From an uncultured Bacteroidota bacterium (GTDB lineage: Bacteria > Bacteroidota > Ignavibacteria > UBA10030 > UBA6906), in the NCBI GenBank assembly GCA_963700635.1, contig CAVOYH010000004.1, forward strand, positions 224,001 to 288,000: a stretch of 64,000 nucleotides of DNA, in the 5' to 3' direction. The position numbers and the translations under genes are program-made. Positions within the stretch are counted from its first letter, which is position 1, and every line of letters starts with the position of its first letter. Below are positions 20,418 through 31,900 of the stretch, piece after piece. The notes below the pieces were generated by a model. That model saw only the letters and a list, made by a program, of their open reading frames with translations, was not told the origin of the DNA and searched no databases.

Positions 20418-22583
20418 ATGAAGCCCTGTGGACTACCAGCAACGGTGCTCGCCTGTGCCGCCGCTCTTCTCTGCGCCCTGCCCGCCCCGGGCAGCAGTCA
20501 GCCGGTACTCAAGGTCATGACCTACAACATCCAGGGAATGCGCCCTGGCAGCGACCCCGAAACACGCCTCTACCACATTATCGAGAATCTCAAGCGCATC
20601 GATCCAGACATTATCGGACTGCAGGAAATCAATGAGACCCTTGGCGGGAACGGCCTCGACAACCAGGCCAGAAGGATCTCTGAAGCGCTGAGCAGTCATT
20701 TCGGGATTCCCTACTTCTGGCATGCGGTGGCAACCCACGAAGCGTGGTGGGGCCAGTTCACGGAATCGATCGGCATCATGACCAAACACAACATTCAGGC
20801 AATGGATGAGAAGAGTCTTGTGAGCACGGACTTCCCTCGCAAAGTCTACTATAATCTCATTGATACTCCCCTTGGCGCGGTGCATTTCTTCACCACCCAT
20901 CTCTCTGCCAACGAACCGACCATTGGCGCCCGGCAGGGTGCCCAGGTGAAGGCATTTGTGACGGAGAAGGAGATCGGCTCGGGCGCCATCGCATCAATCG
21001 TCACCGGAGATTTTAACGGCATCCCAACGTCTGATGTGGTGCGGTTGTTCGTGGCGGGAACCGACGATTCCTGCTACATCGATACTTTCGCCGAGACCAA
21101 TCCCACTCTCCCAGGGTACACCGCCCCTGCCGGCGCCGCTGACGCACGCATCGACTACGTTCTTCTCAAGCGAACCGGGCGCCTGATGCCCGTGACGTCG
21201 ATCGTGGAATGCGATCTCCCGTATGCAACAGACGCCTACTGCTCCGACCATTACGCCGTCGTGAGCACGTTTTCTACACCTCGGCTCGGGTATCCCCGTT
21301 CCTTGATGCACAATCCCACTCTCGTCGGACGTTCCGACACTGTGGACCTTCAACTCACAAGCCTCTCGCTCGAGCCGGTGACTGTTCTCAGCGTGATCCC
21401 GCAGACGGGCGAGTTTGAGGTGCTGCCCGGCCCGGCATTGCCGGTAACGCTCACGACGCGCGGCGCATCCGTGACCCTCCGGATCGTCTTCTCGCCCACG
21501 CGCGAAGGGGAGATCACCGATACAATCACGGTCACCACCGATGACCCTCATTGGCCGACGGCAAGGATCCCCCTTGGCGGCATCGCCGTGGGCACACTCA
21601 CGCCTGCAGCTCTCGGGCCGTGTTACACGATCTCTAGAGGCCCCGGTGGAGATCTTCTCGGGAAACTTGATCTGGTCACCGCAGTGCCGTCGACGATCGG
21701 ATCCATGGGTTTTGCCGGAATGACAGGACTTGCCGTATGTCCGACGACGGGGGATCTTTATGCGGTGAGGCCAGACTCGCCCCAGAGCACGCTTGTCCTG
21801 GTCAATGCTCAGACCGGCGCTGCCGTGTCAGGAGGGAAGCTACCGATCGCCTCATTGCGCACCATCGCGTTCGGCCTGGGTGACACGCTCTATGGCGGGA
21901 CAACGACAGGTCGTCTCGTGCGTGTCGATCTCCGCCAACGGAGCGTCTCCGACATCATGAATTTTAATGGGATGGGCTTCGGAGGGATCTGCTATGACGC
22001 CCGGCAGGGAAAGATCCTCGCAAGTACATACGTGCCTCCCTTTACCAATGACAGTCTCTATGCCATCGATCCCCGCAACGGGGCCTCGACACTAGTCGGC
22101 TCGACCGGCTTGTGGATTGTGACTTCGTCGCTCACACTTGACACAACGGGAGCGCTCTACGGCTTAACCGGCACAGCTGCCAACCTTCTGGTACGTATCG
22201 ACAAGTCCTCAGGTCTCGGTGAACCTGTGAACACCGATGCGCTCGAGCACTATGCTGCTCTCGCGATCAGACCAAAGCCACGCGGAACCACATCTGTTGA
22301 CCCGGGGCCCACCGCCCCGATCCGGTCGGGGCTTCTCGGCAACTATCCCAACCCGTTTAATGGAGGCACGCGCATCATCTTCAGGACCATGCGCGAGGAC
22401 CGTGTGGTGCTCGAAGTGTTCAACATCCTGGGGGAACTCGTTGGGACGCTCGTTGATGATATCCGTGCAGCCGGAATCTATCAGATGGATTTCCGCGATC
22501 CGACGCTCGCCGGTGGTGTCTATGTATGTCGTCTGCGCACCGGCTCCCTCTCACAGGCAGGGAGAATGCTGTATCTCAAGTAG
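20418..22583 (+). CDS. Endonuclease/exonuclease/phosphatase (EEP) protein with Ig-like domain, beta-propeller and T9SS domain
   Basis: MTYNI, LQE, THL, TGDFN, RIDY and SDHYAV motifs; GNYPNPFN C-terminal domain. Confidence 0.9.
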   Translation: MKPCGLPATVLACAAALLCALPAPGSSQPVLKVMTYNIQGMRPGSDPETRLYHIIENLKRIDPDIIGLQEINETLGGNGLDNQARRISEALSSHFGIPYFWHAVATHEAWWGQFTESIGIMTKHNIQAMDEKSLVSTDFPRKVYYNLIDTPLGAVHFFTTHLSANEPTIGARQGAQVKAFVTEKEIGSGAIASIVTGDFNGIPTSDVVRLFVAGTDDSCYIDTFAETNPTLPGYTAPAGAADARIDYVLLKRTGRLMPVTSIVECDLPYATDAYCSDHYAVVSTFSTPRLGYPRSLMHNPTLVGRSDTVDLQLTSLSLEPVTVLSVIPQTGEFEVLPGPALPVTLTTRGASVTLRIVFSPTREGEITDTITVTTDDPHWPTARIPLGGIAVGTLTPAALGPCYTISRGPGGDLLGKLDLVTAVPSTIGSMGFAGMTGLAVCPTTGDLYAVRPDSPQSTLVLVNAQTGAAVSGGKLPIASLRTIAFGLGDTLYGGTTTGRLVRVDLRQRSVSDIMNFNGMGFGGICYDARQGKILASTYVPPFTNDSLYAIDPRNGASTLVGSTGLWIVTSSLTLDTTGALYGLTGTAANLLVRIDKSSGLGEPVNTDALEHYAALAIRPKPRGTTSVDPGPTAPIRSGLLGNYPNPFNGGTRIIFRTMREDRVVLEVFNILGELVGTLVDDIRAAGIYQMDFRDPTLAGGVYVCRLRTGSLSQAGRMLYLK

Positions 22584-22748
22584 CTCCAATTGCGTCATTT
22601 GGTGCCCGGCGTGGATCACGTCATCAACTTTTGCACAAGTCCGATGCCGACCGGTGTGGTATCAGGCGCGGGTTCCACTTTCCGTATCCGAAGGAAAGCG
22701 GAATACCATACGCAAAAGAGAGGAGAGGAGGGATGGGGTGGTGTCCCG

Positions 22749-24641
22749 TCACCAGGTCTGGGTCACCACCACGCGCAGCACAGATTCATGGAATGCATCG
22801 ACTACATCGGCATACTTGCTCCACTCACCGTACACTTCCACCGTCCCGCCGGTCCACACCGGCAGAAGCGAGCGGAGATAGAGCCCCGAACGCATGACCG
22901 CGTCCCGAGAGAGAGAAACACCTGCGGTCGTCTGCCAGTTACGCGGCGTGGAATACGTTGCGGAGAGATCCCAGGTGACGATGGACGAGAGCGATGAGCC
23001 GATCCCGGTGTTCAGAAGTCCCGCCGCCAGATTGAGCGACAACGGGATCACAAACCCGACACTCTGGAAGAACATCGCATTGCGCGAGATGTACCGGCCG
23101 CCCGGAAGCTGGGTCTTTCCTTCATGATAATTGATGGAGAACATCGTGGACGACATGAGCCCTCCAGCCGTCCGGAACGTGTACCCCGCAGTACCGCTGA
23201 CTGCGAGGATGTCACTTGTGATGTTCAGGCTGTCCGCCAGGATGCGGCTCACCTGCGACAACGGAGCATAACTGATCCGGAGGTACGGCAGGTTCCGGAA
23301 ATTCAAAGAGAGCTGAGCACCAAAGGCATCGACCGTGGTTCGGTATGCCTTCGTATCCGAAAGGTTGTCCTCGTCCCTCCTGTAGAACGCTCCCACCGAT
23401 AGTTGGCGTTGTACAAAAGATTGTTCTGCTTTCCCCTCAACGCGCATATTGTCCTTGCGCAGATACGGAACACCGAGAGACGCATAGCCCGCGCCAACGC
23501 GTTTGAAATTCGCCGAGATGGATGTACCACTCTCCGGGAACCTGTACCTGCCGTCGAAGCTGAGGGCCATGTCAGCAACACTGGTGAGGTTGGCATCCGT
23601 TACCGATCCGAGCCACGAGGGGATGTCGGATTCAGCAGGCCCTGCCGCCTGAATATCGGCTGTCAGGACCGAGTACGCCACCTCGCCTCCGATGTCGAGG
23701 CGATCATTGAACAGGAACAAACGGCCATCGATACCAATGACAGCGTTCTTTTGCGGCGCCACAGGACGGTGAAGGGAATCACGAGTAAGTGACCCGGCAT
23801 CATCCGCTCCGTACACTGCATTGATGAACAGATGCGTGTCGTCCCTTGCCCCGATGCCGACCCGCCCAGCTGCAAGGGTTCGCCGGTACGCGGCATTCTC
23901 GAACACAGAGGTCCACGACTGTGAAGCTCCCACGGCCGATTGAACCTGTCCTCCGGCAACAGCAAGATAGAACATGCCGGGTGTGAATTCGAGCTGTAGT
24001 CCCGTCAGAGTGGTTCCGTCCAGCGTCAGACGGGAATATGACGGGTACGTCACGCCGAGGACAATGGTCGGAAAGAGGGAAGCGAAACTCTGCGTTGCCG
24101 ATGCGAGACCCATCGCCTGCAACTCATCCATCCGCGCCTGCAGATCGGTTTCCTTCAGGTCCCGCAGTTCCTGGAGCTTCGTCAGCAGTGCTTCCGGATC
24201 CTCCCCTCCGGTCACCGAACTCCCGAGCGACCGAAGCGAGTCCTTCGCTGCCTCCGGCGTAAGTCCGGCAAGACGGTCCTGAAGCGATGAGAGATCCTGA
24301 ATACGCCCATCGATGCGTCGTCGGATCTGATCCTGGAGGTCGCTCCTGCTGAGTCCGACGCTGAAGGCGTTGATGTGCTGGAGACTGCTGCCCTCCTCCG
24401 TTGTCGCCAGTGCCTGGATCGAGAGCGGAAGACCGTACACATTCAGGACAGAGCTGAGGTCCCATCGAAGAAATGCCGGCGGCAGCTGCTGTCCGAAACC
24501 CTGACGGTTTGCGGTCTGCCAGGTCAGATGACTGACGCCGTTGAACTGCACGGGATCGGCGTTCTGCGCATACCCCGGTGCCGCCAGCCCGAGGAGGCAA
24601 CAGAGGGCGAAGAACGACGGGACACACAGTGACCGGCTCAT
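22749..24641 (-). CDS. Outer-membrane beta-barrel protein with a coiled-coil insertion (operon gene D)
   Basis: Signal peptide MSRSLCVP..GYA; helical insert DLQDQIRRRIDG..ELQAMG; many amphipathic strands; C-terminal Trp (VVVTQTW). Confidence 0.78.
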   Translation of the reverse strand: MSRSLCVPSFFALCCLLGLAAPGYAQNADPVQFNGVSHLTWQTANRQGFGQQLPPAFLRWDLSSVLNVYGLPLSIQALATTEEGSSLQHINAFSVGLSRSDLQDQIRRRIDGRIQDLSSLQDRLAGLTPEAAKDSLRSLGSSVTGGEDPEALLTKLQELRDLKETDLQARMDELQAMGLASATQSFASLFPTIVLGVTYPSYSRLTLDGTTLTGLQLEFTPGMFYLAVAGGQVQSAVGASQSWTSVFENAAYRRTLAAGRVGIGARDDTHLFINAVYGADDAGSLTRDSLHRPVAPQKNAVIGIDGRLFLFNDRLDIGGEVAYSVLTADIQAAGPAESDIPSWLGSVTDANLTSVADMALSFDGRYRFPESGTSISANFKRVGAGYASLGVPYLRKDNMRVEGKAEQSFVQRQLSVGAFYRRDEDNLSDTKAYRTTVDAFGAQLSLNFRNLPYLRISYAPLSQVSRILADSLNITSDILAVSGTAGYTFRTAGGLMSSTMFSINYHEGKTQLPGGRYISRNAMFFQSVGFVIPLSLNLAAGLLNTGIGSSLSSIVTWDLSATYSTPRNWQTTAGVSLSRDAVMRSGLYLRSLLPVWTGGTVEVYGEWSKYADVVDAFHESVLRVVVTQTW

Positions 24642-24651
24642 GCGATCCTCG

Positions 24652-27600
24652 TTAGAGTTCGATAGCATCGGCGTACACCAGGCGGGGCACAGTCTCGCCT
24701 GCAGCATCATGGTGCACTTCGAATTCGCGGACAATGATGCGGTATTGTTTGCTCCCTTGCGCCACCGGTTCACTCAGTGTGATCTCTTTCACCCAGCGCA
24801 TCTTCGTCTCATGTAATTCCGTGGGAACCATACGGTCTGCCGCATCAGGTTCATCGGCCGACCCGGGGATCATGGTACCGGAAACCGGAATCCATGTCAG
24901 GTCCCCCTCCCCGACCTTCTTCTCAAGTGTGGCAGTGAGGTACATACTCCTATTCAGCGCGGCAAGGGGCTTGACCTCACCCGGATACCGGCTGGCATAG
25001 ACACCGGCGACCTGCACGGTGATCTTCTTGTCCGTGTTGAAGGTCACCGCAGCAACCCGGTCGGGCACCACCTGGATAAAATCCGTCAGCACGGCGTGCG
25101 ATAGATGTGCATTCACGATGGAATTCGGCTGGAAGCGGACGAGCGCGAGACGGACGAATGGGAAGTATGCCTGACCCGGATCGAGGACCACGTCCGCGAA
25201 CCAGAGGTTGCGCTCCTTGTCGAACACCGGTTTGTATCCGGCAACATGCAGCGGGACCCCTGCTCCGATATTCGCCGTACCAACGGCCAGCGGAAGCTCC
25301 TCCAGTGTCACATCCACCTGCTTTCGTTCCGTGTTCTTAAAATCCGCCAGTGTTGGCGCAGCCTTAATTGCCCCACCCGACTTGACGATGGGATCGAGGC
25401 CCCACTGTGTCACAAACGGCCGCAGCCGGTTATCGTCCGGATCGTTCTCATCAAGGGGTTTGCCGCCCGGACGGATGACAATACCCAGGAGCTCGCCGTC
25501 GCCCGAGGAGAACCATGGCCGCTCCAGGAACACTCGAATACCGCCCCCGCATCGCCTGCTGATGATTGTCCGGGCATCCTCTTTCCGTTCCCACTGGAAG
25601 GTCGGCACACAATACTTCACCTTCGGTGCATGCGGACGTGCCGAATTCAGAACTGCTGCTTCGACGGACTGCTCACGGGTGAACGGGACCGGGGGTTTCA
25701 CCTTCTTCATGTCGCCCGCTGTCGGAAGCAGATCCAGAAAACATTCGCGGAACCGCGAGACCGCCACAACTGTGTATCTCACCTTCCTGTATTTTGTATC
25801 GCCAAAATCATGTCGTTGCTCTGCATGCGTGCTGGTAACGAGGCTCACCGGGCCCTGAAGTTCAGGAGCGGGTGTCGCGGTTACCGACGGCTGCGCACCA
25901 GGGAGGGTCAGCGCCATGTTCACCTGACCGCCGGCTTCCTTTCCCGGCGACTGGACCGCAACCTTCTGGTCACCGATCAACACCGACTTGTCAGTCTCCT
26001 TCACCGGCAGGGAGAAGGCCTGCCCCTTTCCATCCACCGTGGTCCACTCGGGCATGGTGATATCGTCGAACGGTTCGCTCCATTCGGCGCGGAGGTCGAA
26101 CCGGTCCGTGCTCCGGCCGTGCACCCCGATCTTTCCGTGGATCATCGCGAACGTCGCACCATAGGTTTTGACCGGGATCAGTTTCTCAACGGATGGTTCA
26201 AGGAGTGGTTGCTGGACAGCATGCACGATGATCATCTCGCGGTATGGCGTGATCATCCAGTGCTGCCCCTTTTTCGCCTCCTCTTTCACCTTGGCCGAAG
26301 CGGCGGTGGATTTGTCCGCAACCCAGCTGGCGATGCCGAGCACGTTTGCTCCGGCATCATCCACATACGAACTGTACCGCACGGTCACCACACCGGCTTT
26401 CGGGACCTTCACGATCACCAGTGTATCCCCGCCCTTTTCTACTGTCACAGCATCTGTGTGCTCCTCGATACGGATCCGGAAGGAGCGCACATCCGGCCAT
26501 CCCGTGCCGCCAGGAAGCAGATCAAGGTACTCAACCGTACCGACCGGGAGACCGTTCCAGGAGAACGACAATGCGACGCCACGTGCGAGCGGATCGGGAA
26601 GATATGGCACCGTTACACTGTCCCCTGGATAGATCTTTGCAGGAAATCCTTCGTGTGAGACGATCAACGCGTAGGCGTCGGCGGCGGAAAGTCCGTCGAA
26701 CCTGCCGTGGTACTCTGCCATCTGCTGACTGCATCGGGGGGCGAGGAGATGGCGCTCCGGCGTCGGGTCGTCCAGATCGTGGGCCTTGAGATACGCAGCA
26801 ACCGTCGCATCATAGTTGCTCCGGAGAATGACACGCTCCACGGACTCACCGGGTTTGACAGGTGTGCGCAACACCACGGCCGGTGAGGCCACTGGTTCGA
26901 GCCGGAGATATGTCGTCTCGCGCGTTGCAATGGACACATCATTCACGGAAAGCTCTGCCAGATCTCTCCCGTTCCCGGCGAGGTCAGCGATGCGCGCGCG
27001 CAAACGGTACTTCCGTCCGAACCGAAGCCGCGGCAGGGTCCCGGTCTCTGCTTCCGTGGTTGCGGACAATTTTGTGAACGTCACAGCCGGATTATCATTG
27101 TTCTCCACTTCGTCGAGGTCCGAGACCCGCTTGCCGGGTCGCGGCGCCACAAGACTCCACCCATCCCACCGGCAGATGTTCTCGCTCAGCCGCATTTCAT
27201 CGGGACTCCCGGCATCCGTTTCACCTTCCGCAGGCGGGGGGGAGGTGAGTGCGATGCTCACATACCCCTCCGTTGTTTCAGCATGAGACAGACCGGGCTT
27301 CCCGCCGAAAGACACGGCAGTCTTTCGCTTGCAGAGCGAATGCCATTTCCCTGTTGCGTCGGACCAGGCGTCCACTCTGTATCCCCGCACCAGATCCTCA
27401 GCGTACAGGCGCACCGCTGCCTTGTCCGCTTCCAATGTTGGCGGCGACGGGTTCTTCAGGACAGCAGGGTGAACCTGGGCATATGAAAGGTTGACGTTGT
27501 AGGCCGCCTGGGCGTCAATGCGGGTCAGTACTTCCGCGCTGTGATCCCGGCGGACGAGGGCGATCCCCTGGGTACGAAGCGACGGCAGTGAGATGAAGGG

Positions 27601-28893
27601 AAGCATCGGAACAGCGGTTGCCTTGATCAGGCCGTTGATCTTTTCAATCCCGGCGGCCGACGCGAGCATCACGGGCTCCGGCAGCGTCTCATCCCACGAT
27701 CCCTGTTCGATCGTTCCCATGAGCGCCTTGAGCTTCATCGCAGCACCGTCCACATCAAGCTGGACGACATCGAATTTTGTTGGATCGCTCAGATCGAAAA
27801 CACCGTCCTTGATCGCACTCACCCCCGCACGGGGTGCCGCACGAAAGTCACCCGTGGTGAGGGTGTATTTCGTTTTCGCTGAGAAATTCAGGCTGGCACT
27901 GTCCGTGAACACACTCTTCCAGTTCGCCTTTACCGCTACGAATGAGGATGCGGGGATGCCTGCCATGGCCGGAATGGTGATATCGATGACAAGGCCGAGT
28001 TTGCGCATCAGGTCGGGATAATCTCCGAGGGAAGAAACCGCCTCATGGAACTCGACTTCGGGCAGCTTGGGAAACACCTTTCCGGGTTGCACCGGTTTCA
28101 CGGGGTCCATCGGTGTGTGGAACAGGCTGAACGCCATGAAATTCTTCATTACGTTCTGACCATTCGTCAGGATACGCCGTGAAGCGGCCAGATCCTTCAA
28201 AATGCTCTGGAGGCCGGCAGCGGCACCTGATTTTAATCGCATCCCCGGTCCCTTTACCAGCTGCTCCATGCTCCGCTGCATGCGGGCCCGGACAGGTGCA
28301 CTCATCATGTTCAGGGATGGTTGGACCGTCTGGAGGGATCTGAGATCGAGGCCCGGGGACACTGCGCCGGGGGTCTTGACGGTCGCCGTGCTGCTCATGA
28401 ACTCATAGAGAGAGACATCTTCAAATGCCTTGAGCACCTCCTGCACCGGAGGATAGCTGCCAGGCCAGCCGGCAGCGATCGTCGCGTACTTCTCCTTGAT
28501 GAATTCTTCGATCTCTTTCACCGGATAGGAGAGGATCGGCACCTTTCCGAGCGATTCGATCGCATAGGGTTTCACGGGAGAAGAAGGTGTGAACATTGCC
28601 TGCCAGTATGCGGGGTCAAGCGAGACATTCCAGAGCTTGGGATCGTCAAACGGTACGGTAGGACCATTCTCGAATTCCACGGACAAACGCAGGACATCGC
28701 GCACATGTTCCGTCCAGGCCAGGAGTTTGCTAAAATCATTCAGGGTCTTCATGACGACGGGCCCGGTCGGGTCGGCGTCCGGCGAGATCTCATCCGTACT
28801 CAAACGGAATGAGATGAACACTGAGAGTTTAAGCGCACCTCCGGTCGCCTTGCCGTTCGGGAGAGCCGTCCAGAGTAATGTTTGCGTGTTCAT
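24652..28893 (-). CDS. Giant hypothetical protein, 1413 aa, no signal peptide (operon gene C)
   Basis: Long ORF rich in Pro and beta structure, with motifs WTALPNG, LPRLRFGRKYRLRAR, RPWFSSGDGELLG and YFPFVRLALVRFQP. No function is recognisable. Confidence 0.85.
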   Translation of the reverse strand: MNTQTLLWTALPNGKATGGALKLSVFISFRLSTDEISPDADPTGPVVMKTLNDFSKLLAWTEHVRDVLRLSVEFENGPTVPFDDPKLWNVSLDPAYWQAMFTPSSPVKPYAIESLGKVPILSYPVKEIEEFIKEKYATIAAGWPGSYPPVQEVLKAFEDVSLYEFMSSTATVKTPGAVSPGLDLRSLQTVQPSLNMMSAPVRARMQRSMEQLVKGPGMRLKSGAAAGLQSILKDLAASRRILTNGQNVMKNFMAFSLFHTPMDPVKPVQPGKVFPKLPEVEFHEAVSSLGDYPDLMRKLGLVIDITIPAMAGIPASSFVAVKANWKSVFTDSASLNFSAKTKYTLTTGDFRAAPRAGVSAIKDGVFDLSDPTKFDVVQLDVDGAAMKLKALMGTIEQGSWDETLPEPVMLASAAGIEKINGLIKATAVPMLPFISLPSLRTQGIALVRRDHSAEVLTRIDAQAAYNVNLSYAQVHPAVLKNPSPPTLEADKAAVRLYAEDLVRGYRVDAWSDATGKWHSLCKRKTAVSFGGKPGLSHAETTEGYVSIALTSPPPAEGETDAGSPDEMRLSENICRWDGWSLVAPRPGKRVSDLDEVENNDNPAVTFTKLSATTEAETGTLPRLRFGRKYRLRARIADLAGNGRDLAELSVNDVSIATRETTYLRLEPVASPAVVLRTPVKPGESVERVILRSNYDATVAAYLKAHDLDDPTPERHLLAPRCSQQMAEYHGRFDGLSAADAYALIVSHEGFPAKIYPGDSVTVPYLPDPLARGVALSFSWNGLPVGTVEYLDLLPGGTGWPDVRSFRIRIEEHTDAVTVEKGGDTLVIVKVPKAGVVTVRYSSYVDDAGANVLGIASWVADKSTAASAKVKEEAKKGQHWMITPYREMIIVHAVQQPLLEPSVEKLIPVKTYGATFAMIHGKIGVHGRSTDRFDLRAEWSEPFDDITMPEWTTVDGKGQAFSLPVKETDKSVLIGDQKVAVQSPGKEAGGQVNMALTLPGAQPSVTATPAPELQGPVSLVTSTHAEQRHDFGDTKYRKVRYTVVAVSRFRECFLDLLPTAGDMKKVKPPVPFTREQSVEAAVLNSARPHAPKVKYCVPTFQWERKEDARTIISRRCGGGIRVFLERPWFSSGDGELLGIVIRPGGKPLDENDPDDNRLRPFVTQWGLDPIVKSGGAIKAAPTLADFKNTERKQVDVTLEELPLAVGTANIGAGVPLHVAGYKPVFDKERNLWFADVVLDPGQAYFPFVRLALVRFQPNSIVNAHLSHAVLTDFIQVVPDRVAAVTFNTDKKITVQVAGVYASRYPGEVKPLAALNRSMYLTATLEKKVGEGDLTWIPVSGTMIPGSADEPDAADRMVPTELHETKMRWVKEITLSEPVAQGSKQYRIIVREFEVHHDAAGETVPRLVYADAIEL

Positions 28894-28910
28894 ATCAGGT
28901 CCCCGAATGA

Positions 28911-31900
28911 TTATTCCACCGCGAATGCGGCACGGTACCGCCCGTACTCATCCGCATTCGTCGTGTCCTTGAACAGTGGGTCGCCGGCCGATCCCTTGAA
29001 TTGTCGCGACGTAGACATCGACACTGATTTGCTGAAGAAGGCGATCTCGATCTTCACCTTTACCGTCGCCTTCCCCTCCATCTTTCCGTTCGACGTATAA
29101 CTCAGACCCAGATAGAACTCCACGGAGAGCGTGATCAATCCGAGGATCGCCAGCGCCCCGCCCAGGCGGACGTACGCCTCATAGTTCGTCGTGTCGGAGG
29201 ACTTCATGTAATAGAAGCCGCCCATCACCACCACCCCACCCTTTGCCACACCGAGGTTGATTGCAATGGCTCCGCCAAACTCCAGGGATGCCTCGAGCAC
29301 TTCCACTCCCCGCGGGGAGATGGAGATGCCGAAGAAACCACCCCCGCCAAACAGTGAGACGGTGAGAAGGAATGGGTTCTCCCGGGAACAGAAATCAAAT
29401 CCGACATTCAACGGATTCCCGTTGAAGGGGATTCCCAGTCTGGCACCAAGAGAGATATTCTGCAGACTGAAGGCGCCGACAGCGATCGTGGGAACGGAAA
29501 GTGAATACCCGGCGGTCACCCCCGACGTATTCACCTCGAGGAACGGAGGATCACTGAATCCTTTGGTGTCAACCACTGTCAGGATCTGGTTTACGAAGGA
29601 GAGTGCGCCAATAAAGCGGAGGTCTTTGATGTCGACGTCCACATCGACCTTGTTTCCGGGTTTGATAGTAAAGACCGCGCGGTTGAATTCGATCGCCATA
29701 AACTCCTGGATCTTCGGCAACAGGCGGAGCTCAAAATTCTTGAGTTCGCTCCGGACCGTCGCCACCGGGGCCGAACCGTTCATCGGCATTCGCAGCTCCA
29801 CGGTCACGGAAAGCCCGCCGGCGGGATCCTTCGGGACGAATACCCCGTCAAAGACCGCATCCGAAGAACCTGACGGCGCGACGTTCTTCTTCAGGCGGGG
29901 AGTCCAGGTCAGCGTCGTCCGCATGTATTCCGGACACGTTTCCGTCACCATGCGTGGCATGCGCCCCGCTTCGGCGGCGATATCCGGGATCGTGGCGATC
30001 AACGTGTACAGCGGAATCCCGCCGAGGATCTTGGCGTCAGAGAGCGCAGACTTGAAGTAGTCCACGGGGTCGAAGATGCCTGTCGCGAGCGATGCCACAC
30101 TTCCGCCAAAGGCGCCGACCTTTCGCGACATTCCGGTGATGCCCAGCGAAGGAGTCACGAGACCGCCTGACTTCTTCGAGTCTGCAGCGAAGTTGATCGG
30201 CAGTTCTTTCTTAAGCGAGACGAACACTTCGCCCTTGTTCTTGTTCCCGTCGAAGCCGTTCTGGATGTACGCCGGATCAAGCACGATGGTCTGTGCTGCA
30301 GCGGCGCCCAGAAGCTGTTCGGCCGGCGAGATATGCACGGAGGCTTCTTCTACCGTTGGATAGAAGGGTGGATCGTTGGTGGACTGGAGTGCGGACATCC
30401 CGTTGATGTTCACTTCACCGCCGAACTGAAGCATCTCCGTTTCGAACGATGTGTCGCCGGGCGTGACCGGGTCTGCGAAGGCAACACGCTGGCCGCCGAG
30501 TGAGCTCTTGCGCCTCTCCTTCCACTTCATGTAGTCGGAGAGTGCAGCAGCGGCCGTTGAGCCGTCGAATGTGACACCCCGATCCAGAAACAGGATCGGC
30601 GCCGTGAACTCCGAGGGTCTCCCTTCCCAGTCCTCACCGATGCAGTGGAAACCGAACGGTGTGCCGCCCACGACAGGCCAGAATGCCGATTGCCCCTTAT
30701 TCGCGACATCAGAGTCTTCAGGCTTGTCGAGATTCGGCGTGATGAGCGTCGTGATGCGGATCCGGCGATACGGCATCCGGCGTGCTTCCGATCCGGCGGG
30801 CATCGCGTTCTGGCCCGCGCCGGGATAAATTTTGTCACGTTCCTTGAGGATGATATACATGCGCTGGCGGAGGTACGCCACCGGAACAGGCTTTCCACCG
30901 AGGCCGAGTTTCTTGAGATGAAACTTGCGTTCGGTGATCTTGATAAGGGACGCCTTGTGACCGAACGGGAACAGGAACCCGGCGTACACGACACGGACAA
31001 AATGGTCGCGCCCCAGTGTTGCACGGTGGCGCCAGTGCTCAACCGACAGGCCGGGTGGGACGGGCCATTCCCAGTCGCCGACGACATTCATCCATCCGCC
31101 GAGCCCCGAGAGCATCAGGAGCTCTGCATTCATCGGCACGGGATCATAGCCGCTGTTGTGGAACCCGGCCGTAAGGTGCACGATTTCATGCCGGTCCTGC
31201 CGGTCGAGAGATGTGCGGTAGGGAACCATCGGCAGATGACCCGGACCCTGATCGGACTTCTCCTTGTAGTGCGGGGACCAGAGCGCCCGCAACGTTCTGA
31301 GCTGCGGTGGACCATCAGAGGAATTTCCCTGTGCATCACGGATCCCCAGACGCGTGTGCCACAATTCCACACGCCCATCGGACAGGGATGGTTCTGTTTG
31401 ATGCATCCAGGCTGCACGATCGTTGGGGGACATAAATAGCGCCGACGGCAATTCCAGAGCGGTATCGGTTTCACCAGGAGGGTTCGGCTTGAGCATCTGT
31501 CCCAGAAGTCCCGGAGGAATCGCTGGCGCAACGGGTGCAAGAACACCGGTCAGTTCAACATTCGCAAGGAGTTTCTGAAGTGAGGCGGCATGGAGGGTCG
31601 CGAGTTCGGGATCGGTATCAGCTTCGTGGGCAGCGGCATTCCGGAGGGTCTCGATGCGTTTGAACACCCATCGATCAGATTGGCCCGCGCGCACAGAGAC
31701 TTCCAGCACCTTGATATTGTCATCCAGTGCCTTGAATGCACCTTGCGTGGCGTTTTTCCGCGCCGGGGCCGCTCCGGGTGTGATGTCGCGCAACGCATCG
31801 AGCGCAACACCTGCGGCCTGACGCGCCCCGGATACGCCGCTCCGGAGTGCGGCTCTATTCTGAAGCATTGTAACATACGATTGCTGTTTCTTTGACAACA

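Noticed and set aside
25105-26658. 517-aa plus-strand ORF and other long antisense ORFs (e.g. 62140-63360, 51874-52746)
   Set aside because: These are shadows of well-supported genes on the opposite strand in GC-rich DNA and have no motifs.
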